Positions 17,345 to 30,207 of a stretch of 35,960 bases of DNA are shown here, one piece after another. Position numbers and translations under genes: made by a program. The notes under the pieces were generated by a model, which was not told where the DNA came from, searched no databases, and was given only the letters and a program-made list of their open reading frames with translations. The stretch's first letter is position 1. Each line of letters opens with the position of its first letter. Source of the stretch: a virus (lineage: Duplodnaviria > Heunggongvirae > Uroviricota > Caudoviricetes); the IMG/VR virus record IMGVR_UViG_2541047842_000004; one strand, 5' to 3'.

Positions 17345-18085
17345 GTGGATGGTATGCCATGCATATGTTCTATCATTTTGGTTTTGAACTCGTTTGATAT
17401 CCGGCTTGGTAAAGAAAAAATCTCTCTAAAAAAAGGAAGTGTTGTTGCTATAGAATACAATTTAAAAGTTTTCTTTTCTTCAAATAAAGATAATATAATG
17501 ATCGTGGATATTGAAGAGAAAACAGTTAATGACTTCTTTAAAAACAATACACTCTCACCTTTTTCTGTAAGAAGATTTTATTCAGCATACTTGATAGTAA
17601 ACTGTACAGACTATTCATTGTTAAAGAACTTGATAGGTTGCTTGAATTGTGATGGTGAAACTACGGCTGTAGTTAAAAATTCAATATTATTTGCATGTCT
17701 TGCTATTTTATCCTCGGAAAAAATGTTTCAGAGTTTTTTGTTTGGGTGTCTTAATAGTTTAGGAAGCAAAGTTAAGGCTATTATTCACTCGGACATATCT
17801 GCAGCATGGAGACTTTGTGATATTTCTTCAAGACTATGTCTGAGTGAAAGTTTGTTAAAAAGAAAACTAAAACACGAAGGCTTATCATTTAGCAAATTAA
17901 TTCTTGAAGAACGAATGGTGATGGCTGAAAGGTTATTAAGCTACAATTTCTATCCTGTTGGGAAAGTTGCTAAAATATGTGGTTATGAAAGCGCGTCATA
18001 TTTTATAAGTGTTTTCAGAAGATATTTTGGTGTTCCCCCCCATGAATATTCATCAAGATTTTTTTTAGAAAAAGGCAAGATGTAA
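17345..18085 (+). CDS. AraC/XylS-family transcriptional regulator (AppY/EnvY/Rns-like), start uncertain
   Basis: C-terminal AraC-type double HTH (…LCLSESLLKRKLKHEGLSFSKLILEERMVMAERLL… KVAKICGYESASYFISVFRRYFGVPPHEY); very AT-rich gene preceded by ~300 bp of AT-rich non-coding DNA. Confidence 0.75.
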   Translation: MDGMPCICSIILVLNSFDIRLGKEKISLKKGSVVAIEYNLKVFFSSNKDNIMIVDIEEKTVNDFFKNNTLSPFSVRRFYSAYLIVNCTDYSLLKNLIGCLNCDGETTAVVKNSILFACLAILSSEKMFQSFLFGCLNSLGSKVKAIIHSDISAAWRLCDISSRLCLSESLLKRKLKHEGLSFSKLILEERMVMAERLLSYNFYPVGKVAKICGYESASYFISVFRRYFGVPPHEYSSRFFLEKGKM

Positions 18086-18252
18086 CGTGATGCGTTTTGA
18101 TGATTTTGTAATTTTCATATTTGATGATTATATGATGCTTTCAGCTACGCCAGAATAATCGCTGGCGTTTTTCTTTTCTAATGTAACTTCTGTATCTTTC
18201 CCTCTTTCATTCCAAACCGTGTACACCATCCGTTATTCGCGGAGGTGAGGCT

Positions 18253-18468
18253 ATGAAATCCATGGACAAGTTAACAACGGGCATTGCCTACGGCACCTCT
18301 GCAGGCAGTGCTGGCTACTGGTTTTTACAGTGGCTTGATCAGGTCAGTCCGTCACAGTGGGCGGCGATTGGAGTGCTTGGAAGCCTTGTGTTGGGTTTTC
18401 TCACTTATCTGACAAACCTTTATTTCAAGATTAAAGAAGATAAGCGTAAGGCTGCGAGAGGTGAATAA
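18253..18468 (+). CDS. S: Holin, phage-21-type pinholin (class II) with dual-start motif
   Basis: 71-aa product [71 protein letters not shown] with Met1 and Met4 starts and two TM segments; resembles S21. Confidence 0.9.
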   Translation: MKSMDKLTTGIAYGTSAGSAGYWFLQWLDQVSPSQWAAIGVLGSLVLGFLTYLTNLYFKIKEDKRKAARGE

Positions 18469-18965
18469 TGTCGCCATCATTACGCAAGGCTGTAGCAGCT
18501 GCTATTGGTGGTGGGGCTGTTGCCATAGCGTCTGTGCTCATCACTGGTCCGAGTGGTGACGATGGTCTGGAAGGTGTCAGCTACATACCATATAAAGATA
18601 TTGTTGGTGTATGGACTGTATGTCACGGGCATACAGGAAAAGACATCATGCTCGGTAAAACGTATACCAAAGCAGAATGCAAAGCACTCTTGAATAAAGA
18701 CCTTGCCACTGTCGCCAGACAAATTAACCCGTACATCAAAGTCGATATACCGGAAACAACGCGCGGCGCTCTTTACTCATTCGTTTACAACGTGGGTGCT
18801 GGCAATTTCAGAACATCGACGCTTCTTCGCAAAATAAACCAGGGCGATATCAAAGGCGCATGTGATCAGTTACGTCGCTGGACATATGCTGGCGGTAAGC
18901 AATGGAAAGGTCTCATGACTCGTCGTGAGATTGAGCGTGAAATCTGTTTGTGGGGTCAGCAATGA
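18468..18965 (+). CDS. R: SAR endolysin (lysozyme with N-terminal signal-anchor-release domain)
   Basis: 165-aa protein with a Gly/Ala-rich weakly hydrophobic N-terminus ([20 protein letters not shown]) followed by a lysozyme-like domain; resembles R21; start overlaps the holin stop. Confidence 0.9.
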   Translation: MSPSLRKAVAAAIGGGAVAIASVLITGPSGDDGLEGVSYIPYKDIVGVWTVCHGHTGKDIMLGKTYTKAECKALLNKDLATVARQINPYIKVDIPETTRGALYSFVYNVGAGNFRTSTLLRKINQGDIKGACDQLRRWTYAGGKQWKGLMTRREIEREICLWGQQ

Positions 18966-19423
18966 ACAGAGTAACCGCGATTATCTCCGCTCTGGTTATC
19001 TGCATCATCGTCTGCCTGTCATGGGCTGTTAATCATTACCGTGATAACGCCATTACCTACAAAGCCCAGCGCGACAAAAATGCCAGAGAACTGAAGCTGG
19101 CGAACGCGGCAATTACTGACATGCAGATGCGTCAGCGTGATGTTGCTGCGCTCGATGCAAAATACACGAAGGAGTTAGCTGATGCGAAAGCTGAAAATGA
19201 TGCTCTGCGTGATGATGTTGCCGCTGGTCGTCGTCGGTTGCACATCAAAGCAGTCTGTCAGTCAGTGCGTGAAGCCACCACCGCCTCCGGCGTGGATAAT
19301 GCAGCCTCCCCCCGACTGGCAGACACCGCTGAACGGGATTATTTCACCCTCAGAGAGAGGCTGATCACGATGCAAAAACAACTGGAAGGAACCCAGAAGT
19401 ATATTAATGAGCAGTGCAGATAG
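18962..19423 (+). CDS. Rz: Rz i-spanin
   Basis: Product from [23 protein letters not shown]... with an N-terminal TM segment and coiled-coil-like remainder; ATGA overlap with R. Confidence 0.85.
   Translation: MNRVTAIISALVICIIVCLSWAVNHYRDNAITYKAQRDKNARELKLANAAITDMQMRQRDVAALDAKYTKELADAKAENDALRDDVAAGRRRLHIKAVCQSVREATTASGVDNAASPRLADTAERDYFTLRERLITMQKQLEGTQKYINEQCR
19182..19364 (+). CDS. Rz1: Rz1 o-spanin lipoprotein, embedded in Rz in the +1 frame
   Basis: 60-aa product [47 protein letters not shown]... with lipobox (VVGC) and a proline-rich segment; lies entirely inside Rz. Confidence 0.8.
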   Translation: MRKLKMMLCVMMLPLVVVGCTSKQSVSQCVKPPPPPAWIMQPPPDWQTPLNGIISPSERG

Positions 19424-19454
19424 AGCTGCCCATATCGATGGGCAACTCATGCAA

Positions 19455-19748
19455 TTATTGTGAGCAATAGACACGCGCTTCCAGCGGAGTATAAATGCCT
19501 AAAGTAATAAAACCGAGCAATCCATTTACGAATGTTTGCTGGGTTTCTGTTTTAACAACATTTTCTGCGCCGCCACAAATTTTGGCTGCATCAACAGTTT
19601 TCTCCTGTCCAATTCCCGAAACGAAGAAGTGATGGGTGATGGTTTCCTTTGGTGTTACTGCTGTCGGTTTGTTTCCAACAGTAAACGTCTGTTGAGCACA
19701 TCCTGTAATAAGCATTGCCAGAGCGGCAGAAAACAACATTTTTTTCAT
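19455..19748 (-). CDS. bor: Bor lipoprotein (lysogenic-conversion serum-resistance factor)
   Basis: 97-aa product from MKKMLFSAALAMLITGCAQQTFTVGNKPTAVTPKETITHHFFVSGIGQEKTVDAAKICGG...; matches lambda Bor; lipobox ITGC. Confidence 0.9.
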   Translation of the reverse strand: MKKMLFSAALAMLITGCAQQTFTVGNKPTAVTPKETITHHFFVSGIGQEKTVDAAKICGGAENVVKTETQQTFVNGLLGFITLGIYTPLEARVYCSQ

Positions 19749-20107
19749 CTTATTATCCTGCATTGTTAAAAACGGCAGAATCCTATGTGACAACAATTAA
19801 ACGATAGTTAAATGGATTGATGAAAATTAAAACTATATAGGTGGATGCTCAGCCTATTGGAGGAGGGGGGCACTCAGAATCCTGTGGAATGAAATAAACC
19901 GCTCTTTCTGTCCATTACCCTTTTAGCTGCGCTGTATCGTCGCCGTATTCCCGCATTAACCATGACCGTAGCCCGACGGGGAATTCCTTCTGCGTGAGTG
20001 TGCGGGAATAATCAAAAACGATGCACACCGGGTTTTACTGTGCTGACAGACGCAGGGTTACCCTCATAGTCGCTTTTCCGGTGCGATGGTGGAAGAAACC
20101 GGGATGT

Positions 20108-20302
20108 TTATTCATCATCACTTTGGATTGATGTACATGCTCTCTTTTCTGACGTTAGTCTCCGACGGCAGGCTTCAATGACCCAGGCTGAGAAATTCCC
20201 AGACCCTTTTTGCTCAAGAGCGATGTTAATTTGTTCAATCATTTGGTTAGGAAAGCGGATGTTGCGGGTTGTTGTTCTGCGGGTTCTGTTCTTAGTTGAC
20301 AT
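20108..20302 (-). CDS. ylcI: YlcI-like small protein (DUF3950, probable ribbon-helix-helix)
   Basis: 64-aa product MSTKNRTRRTTTRNIRFPNQMIEQINIALEQKGSGNFSAWVIEACRRRL... resembles DLP12 YlcI as recalled. Confidence 0.6.
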   Translation of the reverse strand: MSTKNRTRRTTTRNIRFPNQMIEQINIALEQKGSGNFSAWVIEACRRRLTSEKRACTSIQSDDE

Positions 20303-20489
20303 GAGGTTGCCCCGTATTCAGTGTCGCTGATTTGTATTGTCTGAAGTTGTTTTTACGTTAAGTTGATGCAGATCAATTAATACGATACCTGCGTCATAAT
20401 TGATTATTTGACGTGGTTTGATGGCGTAGATGCACGTTGTGACATGTAGATGATAATTATTATCATTTTGTGGGTCCTTTCCGGCGATC

Positions 20490-20690
20490 CGACAGGTTAC
20501 GGGGCGGCGACCTCGCGGGTTTTCGCTATTTATGAAAATTTTCCGGTTTAAGGTGTTTCCGTTCTTCTTCGTCGTAACTTAATGTATTTATTTAAAATAC
20601 CCCCTGAAAAGAAAGGAAACGACAGGTGCTGAAAGCGAGCTTTTTGGCCTCTGTCGTTTCCTTTCTCTGTTTTTGTCCGTGGAATGAGCA
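20490..20690 (+). other. cos region (cosQ-cosN-cosB); cosN 12-nt cohesive-end sequence GGGCGGCGACCT at 20512-20523
   Basis: Sequence …gacaggttacg GGGCGGCGACCT cgcgggttttcgctatttatgaaaattttccggtttaagg… matches the lambda cohesive-end region; nu1 follows directly. Confidence 0.9.
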
Positions 20691-21210
20691 ATGGAAGTCA
20701 ACAAAAAGCAGCTGGCTGACATTTTCGGTGCGAGTATCCGTACCATTCAGAACTGGCAGGAACAGGGAATGCCCGTTCTGCGAGGCGGTGGCAAGGGTAA
20801 TGAGGTGCTTTATGACTCTGCCGCCGTCATAAAATGGTATGCCGAAAGGGATTCTGAAATTGAGAACGAAAAGCTGCGCCGGGAGGTTGAAGAACTGCGG
20901 CAGGCCAGCGAGGCAGATCTCCAGCCAGGAACTATTGAGTACGAACGCCATCGACTTACGCGTGCGCAGGCCGACGCACAGGAACTGAAGAATGCCAGAG
21001 ACTCCGCTGAAGTGGTGGAAACCGCATTCTGTACTTTCGTGTTGTCGCGGATCGCAGGTGAAATTGCCAGTATTCTCGACGGGCTCCCCCTGTCGGTGCA
21101 GCGGCGTTTTCCGGAACTGGAAAACCGACATGTTGATTTCCTGAAACGGGATATCATCAAAGCCATGAACAAAGCAGCCGCGCTGGATGAACTGATACCG
21201 GGGTTGCTGA

Positions 21211-21236
<26 letters not shown>
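20691..21236 (+). CDS. nu1: Terminase small subunit Nu1
   Basis: 181-aa product MEVNKKQLADIFGASIRTIQNWQEQGMPVLRGGGKGNEVLYDSAAVIKWYAERD... matches lambda Nu1. Confidence 0.97.
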
Positions 21237-24917
<3,681 letters not shown>

Positions 24918-24937
<20 letters not shown>

Positions 24938-26237
24938 TCTCCCGCATATTGCCAGTATGGCCTTTAATGAGCCGCTGATGCTTGAACCCGCCTATGCGCG
25001 GGTTTTCTTTTGTGCGCTTGCAGGCCAGCTTGGGATCAGCCGCCTGACGGATGCGGTATCCGGCGACAGCCTGACTGCCGGAGAGGCACCCGCGGCGCTG
25101 GCGTTATCCGTTGATGATGACGGACCACGACAGGCCCGCAGTTATCAGGTCATGAACGGCATCGCCGTGCTGCCGGTGTCCGGCACGCTGGTCAGTCGGA
25201 CGCGAGCGCTGCAGCCGTATTCGGGGATGACCGGTTACAACGGCATTATCGCCCGTCTGCAACAGGCTGCCAGCGACCCGATGGTGGACGGCATTCTGCT
25301 CGATATGGATACGCCAGGCGGGATGGTGGCAGGGGCATTTGACTGCGCTGACATCATCGCCCGTGTGCGTGACATAAAGCCGGTATGGGCGCTGGCCAAC
25401 GACATGAACTGCAGTGCAGGTCAGTTGCTTGCCAGTGCCGCCTCCCGGCGTCTGGTCACGCAGACCGCCCGGACAGGCTCCATCGGCGTCATGATGGCTC
25501 ACAGTAATTACGGTGCTGCGCTGGAGAAACAGGGTGTGGAAATCACGCTGATTTACAGCGGCAGCCATAAGGTGGATGGCAACCCCTACAGCCATCTTCC
25601 GGATGACGTCCGGGAGACACTGCAGTCCCGGATGGACGCAACCCGCCGGATGTTTGCACAGAAGGTGTCGGCATATACCGGCCTGTCCGTGCAGGCTGTG
25701 CTGGATACCGAGGCTGCAGTGTACAGCGGTCAGGAGGCCATTGATGCCGGACTGGCTGATGAACTTGTTAACAGTACCGATGCGATCACCGTCATGCGTG
25801 ATGCACTGGATGCACGTAAATCCCGTCTCTCAGGAGGGCGAATGACCAAAGAGACTCAATCAACAACTGTTTCAGCCACTGCTTCGCAGGCTGACGTTAC
25901 TGAGGTGGTGCAAGCGACGGAGGGCGAGAACGCCAGCGCGGCGCAGCCGGACGTGAACGCGCAGATCACCGCAGCGGTTGCGGCAGAAAACAGTCGCATT
26001 ATGGGGATCCTCAACTGTGAGGAGGCTCACGGACGCGAAGAACAGGCACGCGTGCTGGCCGAAACCCCCGGTATGACCGTGGAAACGGCCCGCCGCATTC
26101 TGGCAGCTGCACCACAGAGTGCACAGGCGCGCAGTGACACTGCGCTGGATCGTCTGATGCAGGGGGCACCGGCACCGCTGGCTGCAGGTAACCCGGCATC
26201 TGATGCCGTTAACGATTTGCTGAACACACCAGTGTAA
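24918..26237 (+). CDS. C: Head maturation protease / minor capsid protein C
   Basis: 439-aa product from GTG 24918 (VTAELRNLPHIASMAFNEPLMLEPAYARVFF...) matching lambda gpC; 20-nt overlap with B as in lambda. Confidence 0.9.
25632..26237 (+). CDS. nu3: Scaffolding protein Nu3 (in-frame internal start within C)
   Basis: By lambda architecture Nu3 is the C-terminal 201 codons of the C frame; the corresponding Met (…QSRMDATRRMF…) is present at 25632. Confidence 0.6.
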   Translation: MDATRRMFAQKVSAYTGLSVQAVLDTEAAVYSGQEAIDAGLADELVNSTDAITVMRDALDARKSRLSGGRMTKETQSTTVSATASQADVTEVVQATEGENASAAQPDVNAQITAAVAAENSRIMGILNCEEAHGREEQARVLAETPGMTVETARRILAAAPQSAQARSDTALDRLMQGAPAPLAAGNPASDAVNDLLNTPV

Positions 26238-26246
26238 GGGATGTTT

Positions 26247-26579
26247 ATGACGAGCAAAGAAACCTTTACCCATTACCAGCCGCTGGGCAACAGTGACCCG
26301 GCACATACGGCAACCGCGCCCGGCGGATTGAGTGCGAAAGCGCCTGCAATGACCCCGCTGATGCTGGACACCTCCACCCGTAAGCTGGTTGTGTGGGATG
26401 GCACCACCGACGGTGCTGCCGTTGGCATTCTGGCGGTTGCTGCTGACCAGACCAGCACCACGCTGACGTTCTACAAGTCCGGCACGTTCCGTTATGAGGA
26501 TGTGCTCTGGCCGGAGGCTGCCAGCGACGAGACGAAAAAACGGACCGCGTTTGCCGGAACGGCAATCAGCATCGTTTAA
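26247..26579 (+). CDS. D: Capsid decoration protein D
   Basis: 110-aa product [52 protein letters not shown]... matches lambda gpD. Confidence 0.95.
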   Translation: MTSKETFTHYQPLGNSDPAHTATAPGGLSAKAPAMTPLMLDTSTRKLVVWDGTTDGAAVGILAVAADQTSTTLTFYKSGTFRYEDVLWPEAASDETKKRTAFAGTAISIV

Positions 26580-26634
26580 CCTTACCCTTCATCACTAAAG
26601 GCCGCCTGTGCGGCTTTTTTTACGGGATTTTTTT

Positions 26635-27660
26635 ATGTCGATGTACACAACCGCCCAGCTGCTGGCGGCAAATGAGAAGAAATTTAAGTTTGATCCGCTG
26701 TTTCTGCGTCTCTTTTTCCGTGAGAGCTATCCCTTCACCACGGAGAAAGTCTATCTCTCACAAATTCCGGGACTGGTAAACATGGCGCTGTACGTTTCGC
26801 CGATTGTTTCCGGTGAGGTTATCCGCTCCCGTGGCGGCTCCACCTCTGAATTTACACCGGGATATGTCAAGCCGAAGCATGAGGTGAATCCGCAGATGAC
26901 CCTGCGTCGCCTGCCGGATGAAGATCCACAGAATCTGGCGGACCCGGCTTACCGCCGCCGTCGCATCATTCTGCAGAACATGCGAGACGAAGAGCTGGCC
27001 ATTGCTCAGGTCGAAGAGATGCAGGCCGTTTCTGCCGTGCTTAAGGGCAAATATACCATGACCGGTGAAGCCTTCGATCCGGTTGAAGTGGATATGGGCC
27101 GCAGTGTGGCGAACAACATCACGCAGTCCGGCGGTACGGAGTGGAGCAAGCGTGACAAGTCCACGTATGACCCGACCGACGATATCGAAGCCTACGCGCT
27201 GAACGCCAGCGGTGTGGTGAATATCATCGTGTTTGATCCGAAAGGCTGGGCGCTGTTCCGTTCCTTCAAAGCCGTCAAGGAGAAGCTGGATACCCGTCGC
27301 GGCTCTCATTCCGAGCTGGAGACAGCGGTAAAAGATCTGGGCGAAGCGGTGTCCTATAAGGGGATGTATGGCGATACGGCGATCGTCGTGTATTCCGGAC
27401 AGTACGTGGAAAACGACGTCAAAAAGAACTTCCTGCCGGACAACACGATGGTGCTGGGGAACACTCAGGCACGCGGTCTGCGCACCTATGGCTGCATTCA
27501 GGATGCGGACGCACAGCGCGAAGGTATTAACGCCTCTGCCCGCTACCCGAAAAACTGGGTGACCACCGGCGATCCGGCGCGTGAGTTCACCATGATTCAG
27601 TCAGCACCGCTGATGCTGCTGGCTGACCCTGATGCGTTCGTGTCCGTACAACTGGCGTAA
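26635..27660 (+). CDS. E: Major capsid protein E
   Basis: 341-aa product MSMYTTAQLLAANEKKFKFDPLFLRLFFRESYPFTTEKVYLSQIPGLVNMALY... matches lambda gpE. Confidence 0.97.
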   Translation: MSMYTTAQLLAANEKKFKFDPLFLRLFFRESYPFTTEKVYLSQIPGLVNMALYVSPIVSGEVIRSRGGSTSEFTPGYVKPKHEVNPQMTLRRLPDEDPQNLADPAYRRRRIILQNMRDEELAIAQVEEMQAVSAVLKGKYTMTGEAFDPVEVDMGRSVANNITQSGGTEWSKRDKSTYDPTDDIEAYALNASGVVNIIVFDPKGWALFRSFKAVKEKLDTRRGSHSELETAVKDLGEAVSYKGMYGDTAIVVYSGQYVENDVKKNFLPDNTMVLGNTQARGLRTYGCIQDADAQREGINASARYPKNWVTTGDPAREFTMIQSAPLMLLADPDAFVSVQLA

Positions 27661-27701
27661 TCATGGCCCTTCGGGGCCATTTTCTCTCTGTGGAGGAGTC
27701 C

Positions 27702-28097
27702 ATGACGAAAGATGAACTGATTGCCCGTCTTCAGGTGCTGGGTGAGCAACTGAACCGTGATGTCAGCCTGACGGGGACGAAAGAAGAACTGGCACTCCGT
27801 GTGGCAGAGCTGGAAGAGGAGCTTGATGACACGGATGACGCTGCTGGTCAGGACACATCTGTCAGCCCGGAAAATGCGCTGACCGGACATGAAAATGAGG
27901 TGGTATCAGCGCAGCCGGATACCGTGACTGATACGGCTGATCTGGTCACGGTTGTGGCACTGGTGACGCTGCATACTGATGCACTTCACGCCACGCGGGA
28001 TGAGGCTGTGGCATTTGTGCTGCCGGGAACGGCGTTCCGTGTCTCTGCCGGTGTGGCAGCTGAAATGACAGAGCGCGGCCTGGCCAGAATGCAATAA
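27702..28097 (+). CDS. FI: DNA packaging protein FI
   Basis: Product from MTKDELIARLQVLGEQLNRDVSLTGTKEELALRVAELEEELDD... matches lambda gpFI with a few substitutions. Confidence 0.9.
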   Translation: MTKDELIARLQVLGEQLNRDVSLTGTKEELALRVAELEEELDDTDDAAGQDTSVSPENALTGHENEVVSAQPDTVTDTADLVTVVALVTLHTDALHATRDEAVAFVLPGTAFRVSAGVAAEMTERGLARMQ

Positions 28098-28108
28098 CGG
28101 GAGGCGCT

Positions 28109-28462
28109 GTGGCTGATTTCGATAACCTGTTCGATGCTGCCATTGCCCGCGCCGATGAAACGATACGCGGGTACATGGGAACGTCAGCCACCATGACATC
28201 CGGTGAGCAGTCCGGTGCTGTGATACGTGGTGTTTTTGATGATCCTGAAAATATCAGCTATGCCGGACAGGGCGTGCGCGTTGAAGGCTCCAGCCCGTTC
28301 CTGTTTGTCCGGACTGATGATGTGCGGCAGCTGCGGCGCGGCGACACGCTGACCATCGGTGAGGAAAACTTCTGGATAGACCGGATTTCGCCGGATGATG
28401 GCGGAAGCTGTCATCTCTGGCTTGGGCGGGGCGTACCGCCTGCCGTTAACCGTCGCCGCTGA
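28109..28462 (+). CDS. FII: Head-tail connector protein FII
   Basis: 117-aa product MADFDNLFDAAIARADETIRGYMGTSATMTSGEQSGAVIRGVFDDPENISYAGQG... matches lambda gpFII. Confidence 0.95.
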   Translation: MADFDNLFDAAIARADETIRGYMGTSATMTSGEQSGAVIRGVFDDPENISYAGQGVRVEGSSPFLFVRTDDVRQLRRGDTLTIGEENFWIDRISPDDGGSCHLWLGRGVPPAVNRRR

Positions 28463-28473
28463 AAGGGGGATGT

Positions 28474-29052
28474 ATGGCCATAAAAGGTCTTGAGCAGGCC
28501 GTTGAAAACCTCAGCCGTATCAGCAGAACGGCGGTGCCCGGTGCCGCCGCAATGGCCATTAACCGCGTTGCTTCATCCGCGATATCGCAGTCGGCGTCAC
28601 AGGTTGCCCGTGAGACAAAGGTACGCCGGAAACTGGTAAAGGAAAGGGCCAGGCTGAAAAGGGCCACGGTCAAAAATCCGCAGGCCAGAATCAGGGTTAA
28701 CCGGGGGGATTTGCCCGTAATAAAGCTGGGTAACGCGCGGATTGTCCTGTCCCGACGCAGGCGTCGTAAAAAGGGGCAGCGTTCAGCCCTGAAAGGTGGC
28801 GGCAGCGTGCTTGTGGTGGGAAACCGTCGTATTCCCGGCGCGTTTATTCAGCAACTGAAAAATGGCCGCTGGCATGTTATGCAGCGTGTGGCCGGGAAAA
28901 ATCGTTACCCCATTGATGTGGTGAAAATTCCGATGGCGGTGCCGCTGACCACGGCGTTTAAACAGAATATTGAGCGGATACGGCGTGAGCGTCTTCCGAA
29001 AGAGCTGGGCTATGCGCTGCAGCATCAACTGAGGATGGTAATAAAGCGATGA
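28474..29052 (+). CDS. Z: Tail completion protein Z
   Basis: 192-aa product MAIKGLEQAVENLSRISRTAVPGAAAMAINRVASSAISQSASQVARETKV... matches lambda gpZ. Confidence 0.95.
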   Translation: MAIKGLEQAVENLSRISRTAVPGAAAMAINRVASSAISQSASQVARETKVRRKLVKERARLKRATVKNPQARIRVNRGDLPVIKLGNARIVLSRRRRRKKGQRSALKGGGSVLVVGNRRIPGAFIQQLKNGRWHVMQRVAGKNRYPIDVVKIPMAVPLTTAFKQNIERIRRERLPKELGYALQHQLRMVIKR

Positions 29053-29444
29053 AACATACTGAACTCCGTGCAGCCGTACTGGATGCACTGGAGAAGCATG
29101 ACACCGGGGCGACGTTTTTTGATGGTCGCCCCGCTGTTTTTGATGAGGCGGATTTTCCGGCAGTTGCCGTTTATCTCACCGGCGCTGAATACACGGGCGA
29201 AGAGCTGGACAGCGATACCTGGCAGGCGGAGCTGCATATTGAAGTTTTCCTGCCTGCTCAGGTGCCGGATTCAGAGCTGGATTCGTGGATGGAGTCCCGG
29301 ATTTATCCGGTGATGAGCGATATCCCGGCACTGTCAGATTTGATCACCAGTATGGTGGCCAGTGGCTATGACTACCGGCGCGACGATGATGCGGGCCTGT
29401 GGAGTTCAGCCGATCTGACTTATGTCATTACCTATGAAATGTGA
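29049..29444 (+). CDS. U: Tail terminator protein U
   Basis: 131-aa product [52 protein letters not shown]... matches lambda gpU. Confidence 0.95.
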   Translation: MKHTELRAAVLDALEKHDTGATFFDGRPAVFDEADFPAVAVYLTGAEYTGEELDSDTWQAELHIEVFLPAQVPDSELDSWMESRIYPVMSDIPALSDLITSMVASGYDYRRDDDAGLWSSADLTYVITYEM

Positions 29445-29451
29445 GGACGAT

Positions 29452-30192
29452 ATGCCAACACCAAATCCTCTGGCACCGGTGAAAGGGGCCGGGACCACAC
29501 TGTGGGTTTATAAGGGGAACGGTGACCCTTATGCGAACCCGCTTTCAGACGTTGACTGGTCGCGTCTGGCTAAAGTTAAAGACCTGACGCCCGGCGAACT
29601 GACCGCTGAGTCCTATGACGACAGTTATCTCGATGATGAAGATGCGGACTGGACCGCGACCGGACAGGGGCAGAAATCTGCCGGAGATACCAGCTTCACG
29701 CTGGCGTGGATGCCCGGAGAGCAGGGGCAGCAGGCGCTGCTGGCGTGGTTTAATGAAGGGGATACCCGAGCCTATAAAATCCGCTTCCCGAACGGCACGG
29801 TCGATGTGTTCCGCGGCTGGGTCAGCAGTATCGGTAAGGCGGTGACGGCGAAGGAAGTGATCACCCGCACGGTGAAGGTCACCAATGTGGGCCGTCCGTC
29901 GATGGCAGAAGATCGCAGCACGGTGACGGCGACAACCGGCATGACGGTGACACCCGCCAGTGCTTCCGTAGTGAAAGGGCAGAGCACCACGCTGACCGTG
30001 GCATTCCAGCCGGAGGGCGCAACCGACAAGAGCTTCCGTGCGGTGTCTGCGGATAAAACAAAAGCCACCGTGTCGGTCAGTGGTATGACCATCACCGTGA
30101 AAGGTGTTGCTGCAGGCAAGGTCAACATTCCGGTCGTATCCGGTAATGGTGAGTTTGCTGCGGTTGCAGAAATCAACGTCACCGCCAGTTAA
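29452..30192 (+). CDS. V: Major tail tube protein V
   Basis: 246-aa product from [45 protein letters not shown]... matches lambda gpV, including the C-terminal Ig-like region. Confidence 0.95.
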   Translation: MPTPNPLAPVKGAGTTLWVYKGNGDPYANPLSDVDWSRLAKVKDLTPGELTAESYDDSYLDDEDADWTATGQGQKSAGDTSFTLAWMPGEQGQQALLAWFNEGDTRAYKIRFPNGTVDVFRGWVSSIGKAVTAKEVITRTVKVTNVGRPSMAEDRSTVTATTGMTVTPASASVVKGQSTTLTVAFQPEGATDKSFRAVSADKTKATVSVSGMTITVKGVAAGKVNIPVVSGNGEFAAVAEINVTAS

Positions 30193-30207
30193 TCCGGAGA
30201 GTCAGCG

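Noticed and set aside
15203-18252. Possibility of Shiga toxin genes or tRNA genes in the Q-S interval
   Set aside because: No ORF resembles StxA/StxB and I could not recognise any tRNA cloverleaf; the interval instead encodes a lipocalin, a DUF523/DUF1722 protein and an AraC regulator.
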